Assembly (NCBI RefSeq): GCF_000007145.1
Contig: NC_003902.1
Span: 997,436 to 1,029,435, forward strand
Reading direction: 5' to 3'
Length of the DNA stretch: 32,000 nucleotides
From: Xanthomonas campestris pv. campestris str. ATCC 33913
Lineage (GTDB): Bacteria > Pseudomonadota > Gammaproteobacteria > Xanthomonadales > Xanthomonadaceae
How positions within the stretch are numbered: position 1 is the first letter of the stretch; each line of letters begins with the position of its first letter. Below the pieces are notes generated by a model that saw only the letters and a program-made list of their open reading frames with translations, had not been told where the DNA came from and did not search any database. This document shows, one piece after another, positions 1-8,098 of the stretch. Position numbers and translations under genes: made by a program.

Positions 1-71
1 GGCACCGGGCGCGGCGTCCGCAGCGCCGCGGCAAGCGGCGCGGTGGCAAGCGGGGGCGCGGGCGTGGTCAC
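1..71 (-). CDS. Possible 5' end of an unidentified CDS leaving the window (GTG at 71..69)
   Basis: GTG 71..69 overlaps the nitroreductase TGA (70..68) as GTGA, the coupling seen at several other junctions here. The frame stays open to the window edge (VTTPAPPLATAPLAAALRTPRPV...) with G/C-rich third positions. Only 23 codons are visible, so no homology call is possible. Confidence 0.2.
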   Translation of the reverse strand, partial: MTTPAPPLATAPLAAALRTPRPV

Positions 72-643
72 GGCGTCCAGTCGCGCAGCAGTGCGCGTGG
101 GTCGGGGCGCTCGCGCTCGGGCACCTGCATGCGCGGTGTGCCGATGTGGATGAAGCCGACCACGCGCTCGTGTTCGCCCAGCCCCAGATACCCGGCCACC
201 GCCGGGTCGTAGGCCATCCAGGCGGTCAGCCATTGCGCACCGAAGCCATGCGCCTGCGCAGCCTGCAGCAGCGCAAAGCAGACGCAGCCTGCGGTCATCA
301 ACTGTTCCTGCTCGGGCACCTTGTGCTCCGGCTGCAGCGTGGCGATAACCGTAATTACCAGTGGCGCCTGGCTGAAGCGTTCGCGGTCCTTTTGCACGGC
401 CGCTGGCGGCGTCAACGGATCGCCTGCCAGGGTGCGTTCGGCCAGGAACTCGCCCAGCGCCTGCCGTGCATCGCCGGCAATGCGCAGGAAGCGGAACGGC
501 ACCAGCTTGCCGTGGTCGGGCACGCGCACCGCCGAGGTAAGCATGCGTAACAAGGTGGCCTCGTCCGGGCCGGGCTCGCCGAGTTGTTTGGAGGGAACCG
601 AGCGGCGGGCGTCCAGCGCCTGGAGCGAATACGGTGCGTGCAT
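68..643 (-). CDS. Nitroreductase-family flavoprotein (191 aa)
   Basis: Complete ATG..TGA ORF. The sequence (RRSVPSKQL..., PDHGKLVPFRF, ...QAAQAHGFGAQWLT..., GFIHIGTP) has the layout of small NAD(P)H nitroreductase-fold proteins. It is divergent from the DUF1631 gene. Confidence 0.8.
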   Translation of the reverse strand: MHAPYSLQALDARRSVPSKQLGEPGPDEATLLRMLTSAVRVPDHGKLVPFRFLRIAGDARQALGEFLAERTLAGDPLTPPAAVQKDRERFSQAPLVITVIATLQPEHKVPEQEQLMTAGCVCFALLQAAQAHGFGAQWLTAWMAYDPAVAGYLGLGEHERVVGFIHIGTPRMQVPERERPDPRALLRDWTP

Positions 644-773
644 AATTCCGGATCACGGCGGGGGTGCTCGATTATAGACGGGCCCTTCCCAACGCCCGTT
701 GCACCATGGCCGGCCGGGCGCTGTCCGCCTGCCATGGCAGATCCTTCTTCATGCGTGCCCTTCGCGTCGTCCG

Positions 774-2987
774 ATGACCCAGTTCCTGCCCACCGATGCG
801 CTTCCCAGCCGCAACCCGCAACTGTTGGATCAGGTGCGCGAGGTGGTGCTCGTGCCGCTGGCCGACGCCTTCCTGGACGTGCAGGACGTGCTGGCCGAGT
901 CGCTGTTCCGGCTGGCGGCCGATGCCGGCCCGGCGCAGAACGATTTCATGGAAGCGATCAAGGCGTTGCGCCAGCAACGTGAGCCGATCACCGCGCGCTT
1001 CCGTGGGCATCTGGCGCAGGCCTGGCAAGGCCTGGAATCCGGGCGCCCGCTGTCGGCCGACCGCACCCTGGCGCGCGGCGGCGCGGGCCTGAGCCTGCTG
1101 CCCGAACACGACCTGGAGGTGCGCCTGGCGGTGCGCAACCTGGCGGGCGCCCTGCAACACCAGTGGCGCCCGGAGCTGATGCGGCTCAACCGCTACCTGG
1201 GCTTCATTGCCGGCGGCCTGCGCATTGACGGCGACAGCAATCCGTTTGGCCCCGAGCACCTGGGCGTGGCGCTGTACGAAGCCTTCCAGGGCGTGAGCCT
1301 GGCGCCGAAGGTGCATCTGGCGGTGATCAAACTGTGCGAGCAGCAGTTGATGGACCGCGTCGGCACACGCTACAGCGAACTCGAACAGGCGCTGGCACAG
1401 GTGGCGCGCCTGCGCGACCTGCCAAAGGCACGCAGCCGCCGGCGCGGGATTCCGCGCCAGGGCGAGGCAGTGGGCGAAGACAGCGGCGATGCGCCCGACT
1501 GGATCGCACGCTTCTTCGCCGACTGGTCCGGCGGCCAGAGTGCGCTGGTCGGAGTGGAGGTCATCGACGTGCATCTGCGCACCGGCCGAGACGTGCTGCC
1601 GGCCGGGCTGCATCAGTTGCTGCAGCATGCCCGCCGGCAACGCGAGCCGGGCCAGGCAACTGTCTCCACCGAGCAACGGTTGCTGTCGCCGCGCGAAGTG
1701 GTCTCGGCCCTGTCATTGCTGCAGACCATGCCCAAGGCCGGCTTTGAGGCCATCGACGGGCTGCAGCTGGGCCTGGCGCGCGGGCTGCGCCAGCAGGTGA
1801 TGCGTGCGGCGGCCTCGCTGGGCGTGGACCCGGCCACCGCCCGCCTCAATCCTGACGACGAAGACGCGCTGGATCTGGTGGCGCTGTTGTTCGAAGCGAT
1901 CCTGGTGCAGAGCCATCTGTCCGACTGGCAGCGCGCCTTGCTGGGCCATCTGCTGGTGCCGATGGCCAAGATGGCCATGCTCGACGGCCGCCTGTTCGTG
2001 CGCGATGGTCATCCTGCACGGCGCCTGCTCAACCTGTTGGTGGAGGCCTGCGACGGCAACGGTGGCGAAACCTCGGCCGAGCAGGCGTTGCTGGCGCAGG
2101 TGCAGGCCGCAGTGGACGAGGTGGTGCGCGATTTCGACGAGCACCCGGCGGTGTTTCTGTCGCTGGAGGCCGAGTTCGGCGCCAGCTACGAGCAATACCG
2201 GCGCCGGGTGGAAATCGCCGAGCGCCGTGCCAACGAACTGCAGCGCGCCGAAGAACGCCGCGAGCGTGCGCGCGGCGTCGCCGCACAGGTCTTGGCCGAG
2301 CGGCTGGCGCGTGGCGCGCTGCCGCCGGTGGTGGAGCATTTTTTCAGCCGCGTCTGGCACCCGGCGGTGCAGCGGGCGGCGTTGCGCGACGATGGCGCCG
2401 GCCCGCTGCTCGAAGAGGCGCTGGCGCTCGGCGACGCGGTGCTGGCGCAGCTGAGCCAGGCCGGCGGCGGCGAAGCGCTGGAGCCGTACCGCGCGGCACT
2501 GCTGCAGGCGTTTGCCCAGGCCGGGCTGGCCCAGCGCGAAGCCGAGCAGGCGCTGCAGGAACTGCAGCACGCGCTGGTGGCCGGGCAGGGCGCGGCCGCG
2601 CCGATCCTGGCGACCTTGCGGGTTGGCGCCAGCCCCGCCGATGCGGTGGCCGAACCGCTGACCCCGATGCTGGACGCCTCTGCCGAGGTGGAATTTGACC
2701 GCGTCACCGCCGATTACTTCCGCAGGTTGCCGCTGGGAACCTGCCTGGACTTCATCGACCGCGCCGGGCGTGTACAGCCGGGCAAGCTGTCCTGGATCAG
2801 CCCGATCTCCGGGCGGCTGATGTTCGTCAACCGCCGTGGCGGGCGCTTGTGCGTGTCCTCGCCCGAAGAACTGGCCATGATGGTCTGGCTGGACCGGCTG
2901 CGCTTGCACCGCGAGGACGATGCCTTCTACAGCGCCATGCAAGGGGTGGTGGACCGCCTGGATGGTTCCGGCGCCGCGCATGCTTAA
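774..2987 (+). CDS. DUF1631-type large protein, paralogue A (737 aa)
   Basis: Long ORF with strong GC3 bias. I chose ATG 774 (MTQFLPTDALPSRNPQLLDQ...) because it aligns with the N-terminus of paralogue B; the TTG at 699 in the ORF track is probably an over-extension. Conserved blocks are NPFGPEHLGVA, LGVDPATARLNPDDEDALDLV, HPARRLLN, RRRVEIAERRA and GKLSWISPISGRLMFVNRRG. The DUF1631 assignment is from memory of the family, which is often mis-annotated as thymidine phosphorylase. Confidence 0.8.
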   Translation: MTQFLPTDALPSRNPQLLDQVREVVLVPLADAFLDVQDVLAESLFRLAADAGPAQNDFMEAIKALRQQREPITARFRGHLAQAWQGLESGRPLSADRTLARGGAGLSLLPEHDLEVRLAVRNLAGALQHQWRPELMRLNRYLGFIAGGLRIDGDSNPFGPEHLGVALYEAFQGVSLAPKVHLAVIKLCEQQLMDRVGTRYSELEQALAQVARLRDLPKARSRRRGIPRQGEAVGEDSGDAPDWIARFFADWSGGQSALVGVEVIDVHLRTGRDVLPAGLHQLLQHARRQREPGQATVSTEQRLLSPREVVSALSLLQTMPKAGFEAIDGLQLGLARGLRQQVMRAAASLGVDPATARLNPDDEDALDLVALLFEAILVQSHLSDWQRALLGHLLVPMAKMAMLDGRLFVRDGHPARRLLNLLVEACDGNGGETSAEQALLAQVQAAVDEVVRDFDEHPAVFLSLEAEFGASYEQYRRRVEIAERRANELQRAEERRERARGVAAQVLAERLARGALPPVVEHFFSRVWHPAVQRAALRDDGAGPLLEEALALGDAVLAQLSQAGGGEALEPYRAALLQAFAQAGLAQREAEQALQELQHALVAGQGAAAPILATLRVGASPADAVAEPLTPMLDASAEVEFDRVTADYFRRLPLGTCLDFIDRAGRVQPGKLSWISPISGRLMFVNRRGGRLCVSSPEELAMMVWLDRLRLHREDDAFYSAMQGVVDRLDGSGAAHA

Positions 2988-3072
2988 CCTTGGCCGCCGC
3001 CCGGCCGATTCTGGCAAGCTCCACTGCAATGCAGGGGCTACGATGTACGACTGCCATGCAAACCCTGGGCGG

Positions 3073-3100
3073 TCACGAGTAAAGTGAGAACTTCGTCACA
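3073..3100. promoter_or_regulatory. Candidate operator: TCAC-N7-GTGA-N8-TCAC half-site triplet in the lower-GC spacer
   Basis: TCAC 3073-3076, GTGA 3084-3087 and TCAC 3096-3099 lie in the visibly AT-richer 221-bp gap upstream of paralogue B. The spacing does not fit the CRP/Clp N6 rule. No known regulator is assigned. Confidence 0.15.
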
Positions 3101-3208
3101 TTTATCGCGCGTACGAACCGCCTACCATGCGAGGGCGGAATTTGGGGCCGCGTCTGTTTTTCCTCGTTCGAGAATTTTCACGCCTGCAAAGGCGGGGAGC
3201 CTTTGCGC

Positions 3209-5557
3209 ATGACCTTCCAGCCCAGTCCGTCGGGACACCCGGGCCGTGACCAACGCTTGCTCGATCAGGCGCACGCTGTCTTCGTGCCGCCGATCGCGCA
3301 GGTATTTGCAGCTGCAGTGGCACATTTCGATGATGTCCTGTTCGACCGCGCCGAATCCGCGGGCGCGTCACAGTTGCTGTTTCTCGATGGTATGCGCGAA
3401 CTGCGCCGCAAGCGCGACGAGGTCTCTTCACAATTCCGCCAGCAGCTCGAGGCCGATTGGCAGGCCTTGCTGCAAGGCACGCCGCTGTCGGCGGAGGTGG
3501 TGCTGGCCGGCGACATGGGTACCGGTCCGCTGAGCCTGGTGCCCGAGCACGTGCTGGAATCGCGGCTGGCGGTGCGCAATCTGGCCACCGTGCTGCTGCG
3601 GGATTTCAAGCAGGTGCTGGCGCGCATCGATCGTCGCCTGGGCTGGATCGCTGGCGGCCTGGAGCTGGTGGCCGATACCAACCCGGTGGGCCCCGAGCAT
3701 CTGGGCGTAGCCATCCACGAAGCCTTTGCCACCTGCGACCTGGCGCCGGAAGTGCGCCTGGTGCTGATCAAACTGTGCGAGCGCGACCTGGCTGAGCCGA
3801 TCGGCAAGCTATACGCCCGCCTGGACGAGACCCTGGCCAAGGCCGGGGTGATGCCCGAGATTTCCCAGCCCAAGCGTGCGCCACCGCGCATGCAGCCGCG
3901 CAACGATGCGCAGGGCGAACGCAGCGCCGCCGACGGCCAGGGGTTCGATGGCGAGGCCGCTGGCGAAGACCCCAACGAGCAGTACGCGCCGGCCTGGGCC
4001 AACCGGTTTCTGGATCGCTGGGCGCATAGCCGCGGGCGCATGCAGGCGGCCGCGCAGCGCGGCAGCGCCGATGGCCATGCGGGTGGAGACGGCGACGCCG
4101 ATCACCCGGGCGGCAGCCAGGGCATGCTGCTCGACGCCCTGCACGAGCTGCTCCAGCAGACCCGCAACGTGCGCGAAAACGCCGCATCCGCCGCATCCGT
4201 AGCGGTGGGGCAGCAACGCCCGCTGAGCCAGCGCGAGATGATGTCGGTGCTGTCGCTGCTGCAGGCCACGCCGAGTGCCACGCTGCAGGCGGCGATCGGC
4301 GACGACGACGAATCGCTTGCGCAGCGTCTGAAAAACGAAGTGCTCAACAGCGCTACGCGTCTGGGTGTGGACCCGGCCACCGCAAAGCTGGATCCGATGG
4401 ACGAGGATGCGATCGATCTGGTCGGCATGCTGTTCGACGTGATGCTGGACGAGCGCGACCTGGAAAACCGCTCGCGCGAGATGATCGGCCGGCTGGTGGT
4501 GCCCTTCGTCAAGGTTGCGCTGCTGGACCGCAAGATGTTCGTGCAGAAGACCCATCCGGCGCGGCGCCTGCTCAATTCGCTGGCAGAGGCCTGCGAAGGC
4601 AACAACGGCGACAGCGCTGCCGAGCGCGTGCTGATGGGCAAGGTCGAAGAAATCGTCGACCGTCTGGTGGCCGAATTCAACGAGAATCTAGCGATCTTTC
4701 TCACCCTGGAAGAAGAATTCCGCGACTTCCTGTCGCAGCACCGGCGCCGGGTGGAAATTGCCGAACGCCGCGCTACCGAAACCCAGCGTGGCCAGGAAAA
4801 GCTGGAACTGGCGCGCACCCGCGCGCTGTCGGAACTGGAGCAGCGCGTGCAGGCCGGCGCGCCATTGCCCAAGGCCGTGGAAGATTTCCTGCGCCAGCCG
4901 TGGCTGCATCACCTGACCATGGCGATCCTGCGCGACGGCGACGAAGGCCCAGGAACCGTCGAGGCGCTGGCAATGGCCGACGGCGTGCTGGAGGAACTGG
5001 CCGAGGCGCGCCGCCACATCACCGGCAAGCCGTGGCTGCAGGCCTGGCAACCGGCGCTGCACCGCGTGTTTGCCAGCGTGGGATTGCATGGCGATGCCGT
5101 GGTGGTGGCGATCACCGCGCTGCACGACACCTTGCAGGCGATTGCCGAGGCGCGGCCAGAGCTGGAAAAGGCCTTGCCGGAGTTGCCGCAGGTGAACCTG
5201 CCACCGCCGGCGGCCGAGAGCGTCAGCGTGGTGCTGGGCGCCGAGGCCGTGGCACAGAGCATCGACAGCGCCGATGCGGAGCGGTTCCGCGCAATGGACA
5301 TCGGCACCTGGCTGGATTTCGTCGACAAGGACGGCAAGGTGCAGGCGGGCAAGCTGTCGTGGGTGAGCCCGATCTCCTCGCGGCTGCTGTTCGTCAACCG
5401 GCGTGGCGTGCGCTTCTGCGTCGCTTCTCCGGAAGAACTGGCAGTGATGGTGCGGCTGGGGCGGCTGCGCGAACACATCAACGACGGCGCGTTCGACAGC
5501 GCGATGCAGGGCGTGATTGACCGCCTGGATCCGCTCAACAACGGCACCGTGCACTAA
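3209..5557 (+). CDS. DUF1631-type large protein, paralogue B (782 aa)
   Basis: ATG 3209 is preceded by GGAG (3196-3199). The protein is collinear with paralogue A over its whole length (NPVGPEHLGVA, LGVDPATAKLDPMDEDAIDLV, HPARRLLN, RRRVEIAERRA, GKLSWVSPISSRLLFVNRRG). It carries an extra acidic/Gly-rich insert (about 3840-4140). Confidence 0.85.
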   Translation: MTFQPSPSGHPGRDQRLLDQAHAVFVPPIAQVFAAAVAHFDDVLFDRAESAGASQLLFLDGMRELRRKRDEVSSQFRQQLEADWQALLQGTPLSAEVVLAGDMGTGPLSLVPEHVLESRLAVRNLATVLLRDFKQVLARIDRRLGWIAGGLELVADTNPVGPEHLGVAIHEAFATCDLAPEVRLVLIKLCERDLAEPIGKLYARLDETLAKAGVMPEISQPKRAPPRMQPRNDAQGERSAADGQGFDGEAAGEDPNEQYAPAWANRFLDRWAHSRGRMQAAAQRGSADGHAGGDGDADHPGGSQGMLLDALHELLQQTRNVRENAASAASVAVGQQRPLSQREMMSVLSLLQATPSATLQAAIGDDDESLAQRLKNEVLNSATRLGVDPATAKLDPMDEDAIDLVGMLFDVMLDERDLENRSREMIGRLVVPFVKVALLDRKMFVQKTHPARRLLNSLAEACEGNNGDSAAERVLMGKVEEIVDRLVAEFNENLAIFLTLEEEFRDFLSQHRRRVEIAERRATETQRGQEKLELARTRALSELEQRVQAGAPLPKAVEDFLRQPWLHHLTMAILRDGDEGPGTVEALAMADGVLEELAEARRHITGKPWLQAWQPALHRVFASVGLHGDAVVVAITALHDTLQAIAEARPELEKALPELPQVNLPPPAAESVSVVLGAEAVAQSIDSADAERFRAMDIGTWLDFVDKDGKVQAGKLSWVSPISSRLLFVNRRGVRFCVASPEELAVMVRLGRLREHINDGAFDSAMQGVIDRLDPLNNGTVH

Positions 5558-5696
5558 GCGCCGCTGTCAAAACGGCTGCGCAGCCGCCAGGCGGGCGCGG
5601 CCGATGCTCGGAATCCTCAGGTACTGGCGGACACTCCGGTTCCTCCGCGCCGTTCGCACCCATTGGCGACTGCTTGCTCCGTTGTGTTACCCGCTC
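5555..5696 (+). repeat. 142-bp intergenic repeat, copy 1 (direct)
   Basis: Begins TAAGCGCCGCTGTCAAAACGGCTGCG and ends ...CCGCTC. It contains the core ACACTCCGGTTCCTCCGCG (5631-5649). Its first three bases are the TAA stop of DUF1631-B. Confidence 0.85.
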
Positions 5697-5840
5697 TAAG
5701 CGCCGCTCTCAGAACGGCTGCGTCGCCTCCAAGTGCGTGCCGCCCGTACTCGGCATCCTCATGTGCCCGCGGACACTCCGGTTCCTCCGCGTCGTCCGCA
5801 CCAACCTGACGATTAACCGTTCCGCTGTGTTCGCGGCTCT
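5697..5840 (+). repeat. 142-bp intergenic repeat, copy 2 (direct, head-to-tail with copy 1)
   Basis: Begins TAAGCGCCGCTCTCAGAACGGCTGCG exactly 142 nt after copy 1. The identical core lies at 5773-5791. It is more diverged from copy 1 in the left-central part. Confidence 0.8.
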
Positions 5841-5898
5841 ACGCACACCCGCACGGTCGCCATGACCTTGCGGCATGCGCGGCGACCCGTTGCCAGCC

Positions 5899-6786
5899 TC
5901 AGCGAGGCGCCGGGCCGACAAAGTGCAGTGCCTGATCGATCACCGAGGCGTGATCGACCATGCGGTTGTGGCCCAGTCCCTCGGTACTGACCAGCTGCGC
6001 GCGCGGCCACAGTGCGGCGAAGCGTGCGCCTTCTTCCCACGGCGTTTCGCGGTCGCGGCGGTCGTGGATGATCAGCGCGGGCCGATCGAAGTGCGGCAGA
6101 CGTTCGCTGGCATCGAAGTCGGCGAAACGCTTGCCGGTGAGCTCGGACAGCCACTGTTCGAATGGTGCGAACGTGCGTGCGGCGATGCCGGCGGCGGCAA
6201 ACTGGCGTTCCGCGCTTTTGGCCGGGGTGAGCAGTGGCGCGATCAGCACATAGCGCGCCGGTCGCCAGCTGGCTTCATCGGCGAACACCACCGACGAGGC
6301 GCCCATCGAATGGCCGATGAAGGCCGCCGGCCGACCGAAATGGCGGCCGATGTGGCGCAGCACCTCGACAAAGTGCGGGAAATTGCTGCGACGGCCGCTG
6401 CTGGCGCCGTGGCCGGCCTGATCGAAGGCCACCACGGCATACCCCAGCGCCTGCAGGCGCGGCACCCAGGCGGCAAAGCGCAGCCCGAAACTCGACCAGC
6501 CATGCGAGAGCAGCACATACGGATGCTCGGCCGGGTCGCCCCAGCAATAGACAGTCACATCCGTGTCGGCGATGCGCAGGGTGTGGCGGGCCGTGTCCGG
6601 CAGGCTGGCGAGCGCCGCAGCGGCCTGACGGCGCGTTGCGGGCAACGGCGTCACGAAACGCTTGGCCAGATAGCGGCCGGTGGGGCCGGGTGCGAGCCGG
6701 CTGGCGGTGGCCAGGGCGGTGCGGAGCAGGCGAAGGCGCAGGGGAGGGCGGGACGGGCGCATGTAAGAAATCCGGAAGGGAGGCAT
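5899..6786 (-). CDS. Alpha/beta-fold hydrolase (295 aa)
   Basis: Complete ORF with the nucleophile elbow GHSMG, an HGW oxyanion-type motif (LLSHGWSS) and a C-terminal GLGHN histidine region. The start could be ATG 6786 or ATG 6762. Confidence 0.8.
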   Translation of the reverse strand: MPPFRISYMRPSRPPLRLRLLRTALATASRLAPGPTGRYLAKRFVTPLPATRRQAAAALASLPDTARHTLRIADTDVTVYCWGDPAEHPYVLLSHGWSSFGLRFAAWVPRLQALGYAVVAFDQAGHGASSGRRSNFPHFVEVLRHIGRHFGRPAAFIGHSMGASSVVFADEASWRPARYVLIAPLLTPAKSAERQFAAAGIAARTFAPFEQWLSELTGKRFADFDASERLPHFDRPALIIHDRRDRETPWEEGARFAALWPRAQLVSTEGLGHNRMVDHASVIDQALHFVGPAPR

Positions 6787-6873
6787 CCAGCCAGGCGGTG
6801 CCGATGAGTCGGTATGGCCGAGTCTGCCTGCTCCATCTTGTCACCGTCAAGATTGAGTGGTTCACTGCCCTGG

Positions 6874-6886
6874 TCTCATGATGAGA
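6874..6886. promoter_or_regulatory. Perfect 13-bp palindrome TCTCAT-G-ATGAGA, a candidate TetR operator
   Basis: It lies in the 116-bp divergent hydrolase/TetR intergenic region, just upstream of the TetR start. The arms are exact 6-bp reverse complements. Confidence 0.35.
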
Positions 6887-6902
6887 GCCACGAGAGAAAC
6901 GC

Positions 6903-7562
6903 ATGCCACATGCGCGCGCCAGACGAGAATTGCCCCATGAGGACCGCACCGTGAGTGCTACCGCCACGCCGTCAGATGCGCCCGGCACGTATCACCACGG
7001 CGATTTACCCGCTGCATTGCGTCGGGCCGCGTGGGAGATCGTGGCCGAGTCGGGCGCCCGCGCGCTGACCTTGCGCGCTTGCGCCCGCCGGGCCGGCGTG
7101 TCGCATGCCGCGCCGGCGCACCACTTCGGCTCGCTCAATGGCCTGGTGGCGGAAATGGTGGCCGACGGCTACGAGCGCATGGTCGCGCGCATCGCGGCCA
7201 CCCAGCAGGACGTGAGCGACCCGGTGATGGGCTGCGGGCTGGGCTACATCCGCTTTGCGATCGAATTTCCACAGCATTTCCGGTTGATGCTCAGTCTGGA
7301 TCTGCGCGCACATCCGTTGCCGCGCCTGGCCCAGGCCAGCGAGGCGGCGCGCGCTTGCCTGCGCAATGCCTTGTCGACCGCCTGGAGTGCGCAGCACGGC
7401 AGCCCCCCGCCGGCCGAGCTGCTGCAGCAGCGCACCTTGCTGGCCTGGAGCGCGGCGCATGGGTATGCCGCGTTGGCGATCGACCACCCTGCGCAGTCGG
7501 TGCCGCTATTCCCGCCAGAGCTGATCTTCGCGCCGCTGATCCCGGCGCTGCTGGCGCCCTGA
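6903..7562 (+). CDS. TetR/AcrR-family transcriptional regulator (219 aa, or shorter from GTG 6951)
   Basis: N-terminal HTH segment YHHGDLPAALRRAAWEIVAESGARALTLRACARRAGVSHAAPAHHFGSLNGL is typical of TetR. It is divergently paired with the hydrolase. Confidence 0.85.
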   Translation: MPHARARRELPHEDRTVSATATPSDAPGTYHHGDLPAALRRAAWEIVAESGARALTLRACARRAGVSHAAPAHHFGSLNGLVAEMVADGYERMVARIAATQQDVSDPVMGCGLGYIRFAIEFPQHFRLMLSLDLRAHPLPRLAQASEAARACLRNALSTAWSAQHGSPPPAELLQQRTLLAWSAAHGYAALAIDHPAQSVPLFPPELIFAPLIPALLAP

Positions 7563-7953
7563 TTGCAGGCTGGCTGTTCTTCATGGCGGCGAGCCTGGCG
7601 TAATGACGTACGCAGCAATCGGGGTCGCCTTGGAGCTGTGCTGGTAGTTGGCGGCAATCGTCAATTAGCGGCTGGGAGCGCAGGCGGTGATCAGCGGACA
7701 GCAGGCAAAAAGTAGCAGGCAGCTGGTAGCAATCAGACACAGCGATCAGCAAACATCAAGCAGCAAAAATAGGCAGTCGCAGTGAGTCACCACCAGCAGC
7801 TAGCGAGAGTGGTGTGTCGCGAGCCAGTACCGGAGTGGGAGACTGCGTGCGCCGGATGCAATGTTTGACGCAGGGATCGCGCTCGTTGCGTCGTTTGACG
7901 ACAGCCGACGTCGCAGCGATCGCCAGGCGACCAACGCGGGGATCAACTTGATT

Positions 7954-8098
7954 TAGAGCGGCCAACAAAACGTATCGAGCAGCCGTCAGGTGGGTGCGGA
8001 CGGCGCGGAGGAACCGGAGTGTATGCGGGTACATGCCGATTCCGAGCACCGGCCGCGCCCGTCTGGCGGCTGCGCAGTCGTTTTGATAGCTGCTCTTA
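7954..8098 (-). repeat. 142-bp intergenic repeat, copy 3 (inverted relative to copies 1-2)
   Basis: The reverse complement reads TAAGAGCAGCTATCAAAACGACTGCGCAGCCGCCAGACGGGCGCGGCC...ACACTCCGGTTCCTCCGCG...GGCCGCTCTA. It aligns end to end with copy 1. The core on the plus strand is at 8004-8022. Confidence 0.85.

Noticed and set aside
699-773. Upstream TTG starts proposed by the ORF track for the DUF1631 genes (699 and 3203)
   Set aside because: The N-termini of the two paralogues align from ATG 774 and ATG 3209. The latter has a GGAG at good spacing. The extensions add non-homologous Arg/Pro-rich residues.
5517-5865. Small ORFs 5517..5699 and 5674..5865 (and 7756..8118 on the minus strand) that encode similar peptides (…TLRFLRAVRTH…)
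   Set aside because: The similarity is a by-product of the 142-bp DNA repeat. The frames are not conserved consistently across copies, there are no RBS signals, and composition is non-coding-like.
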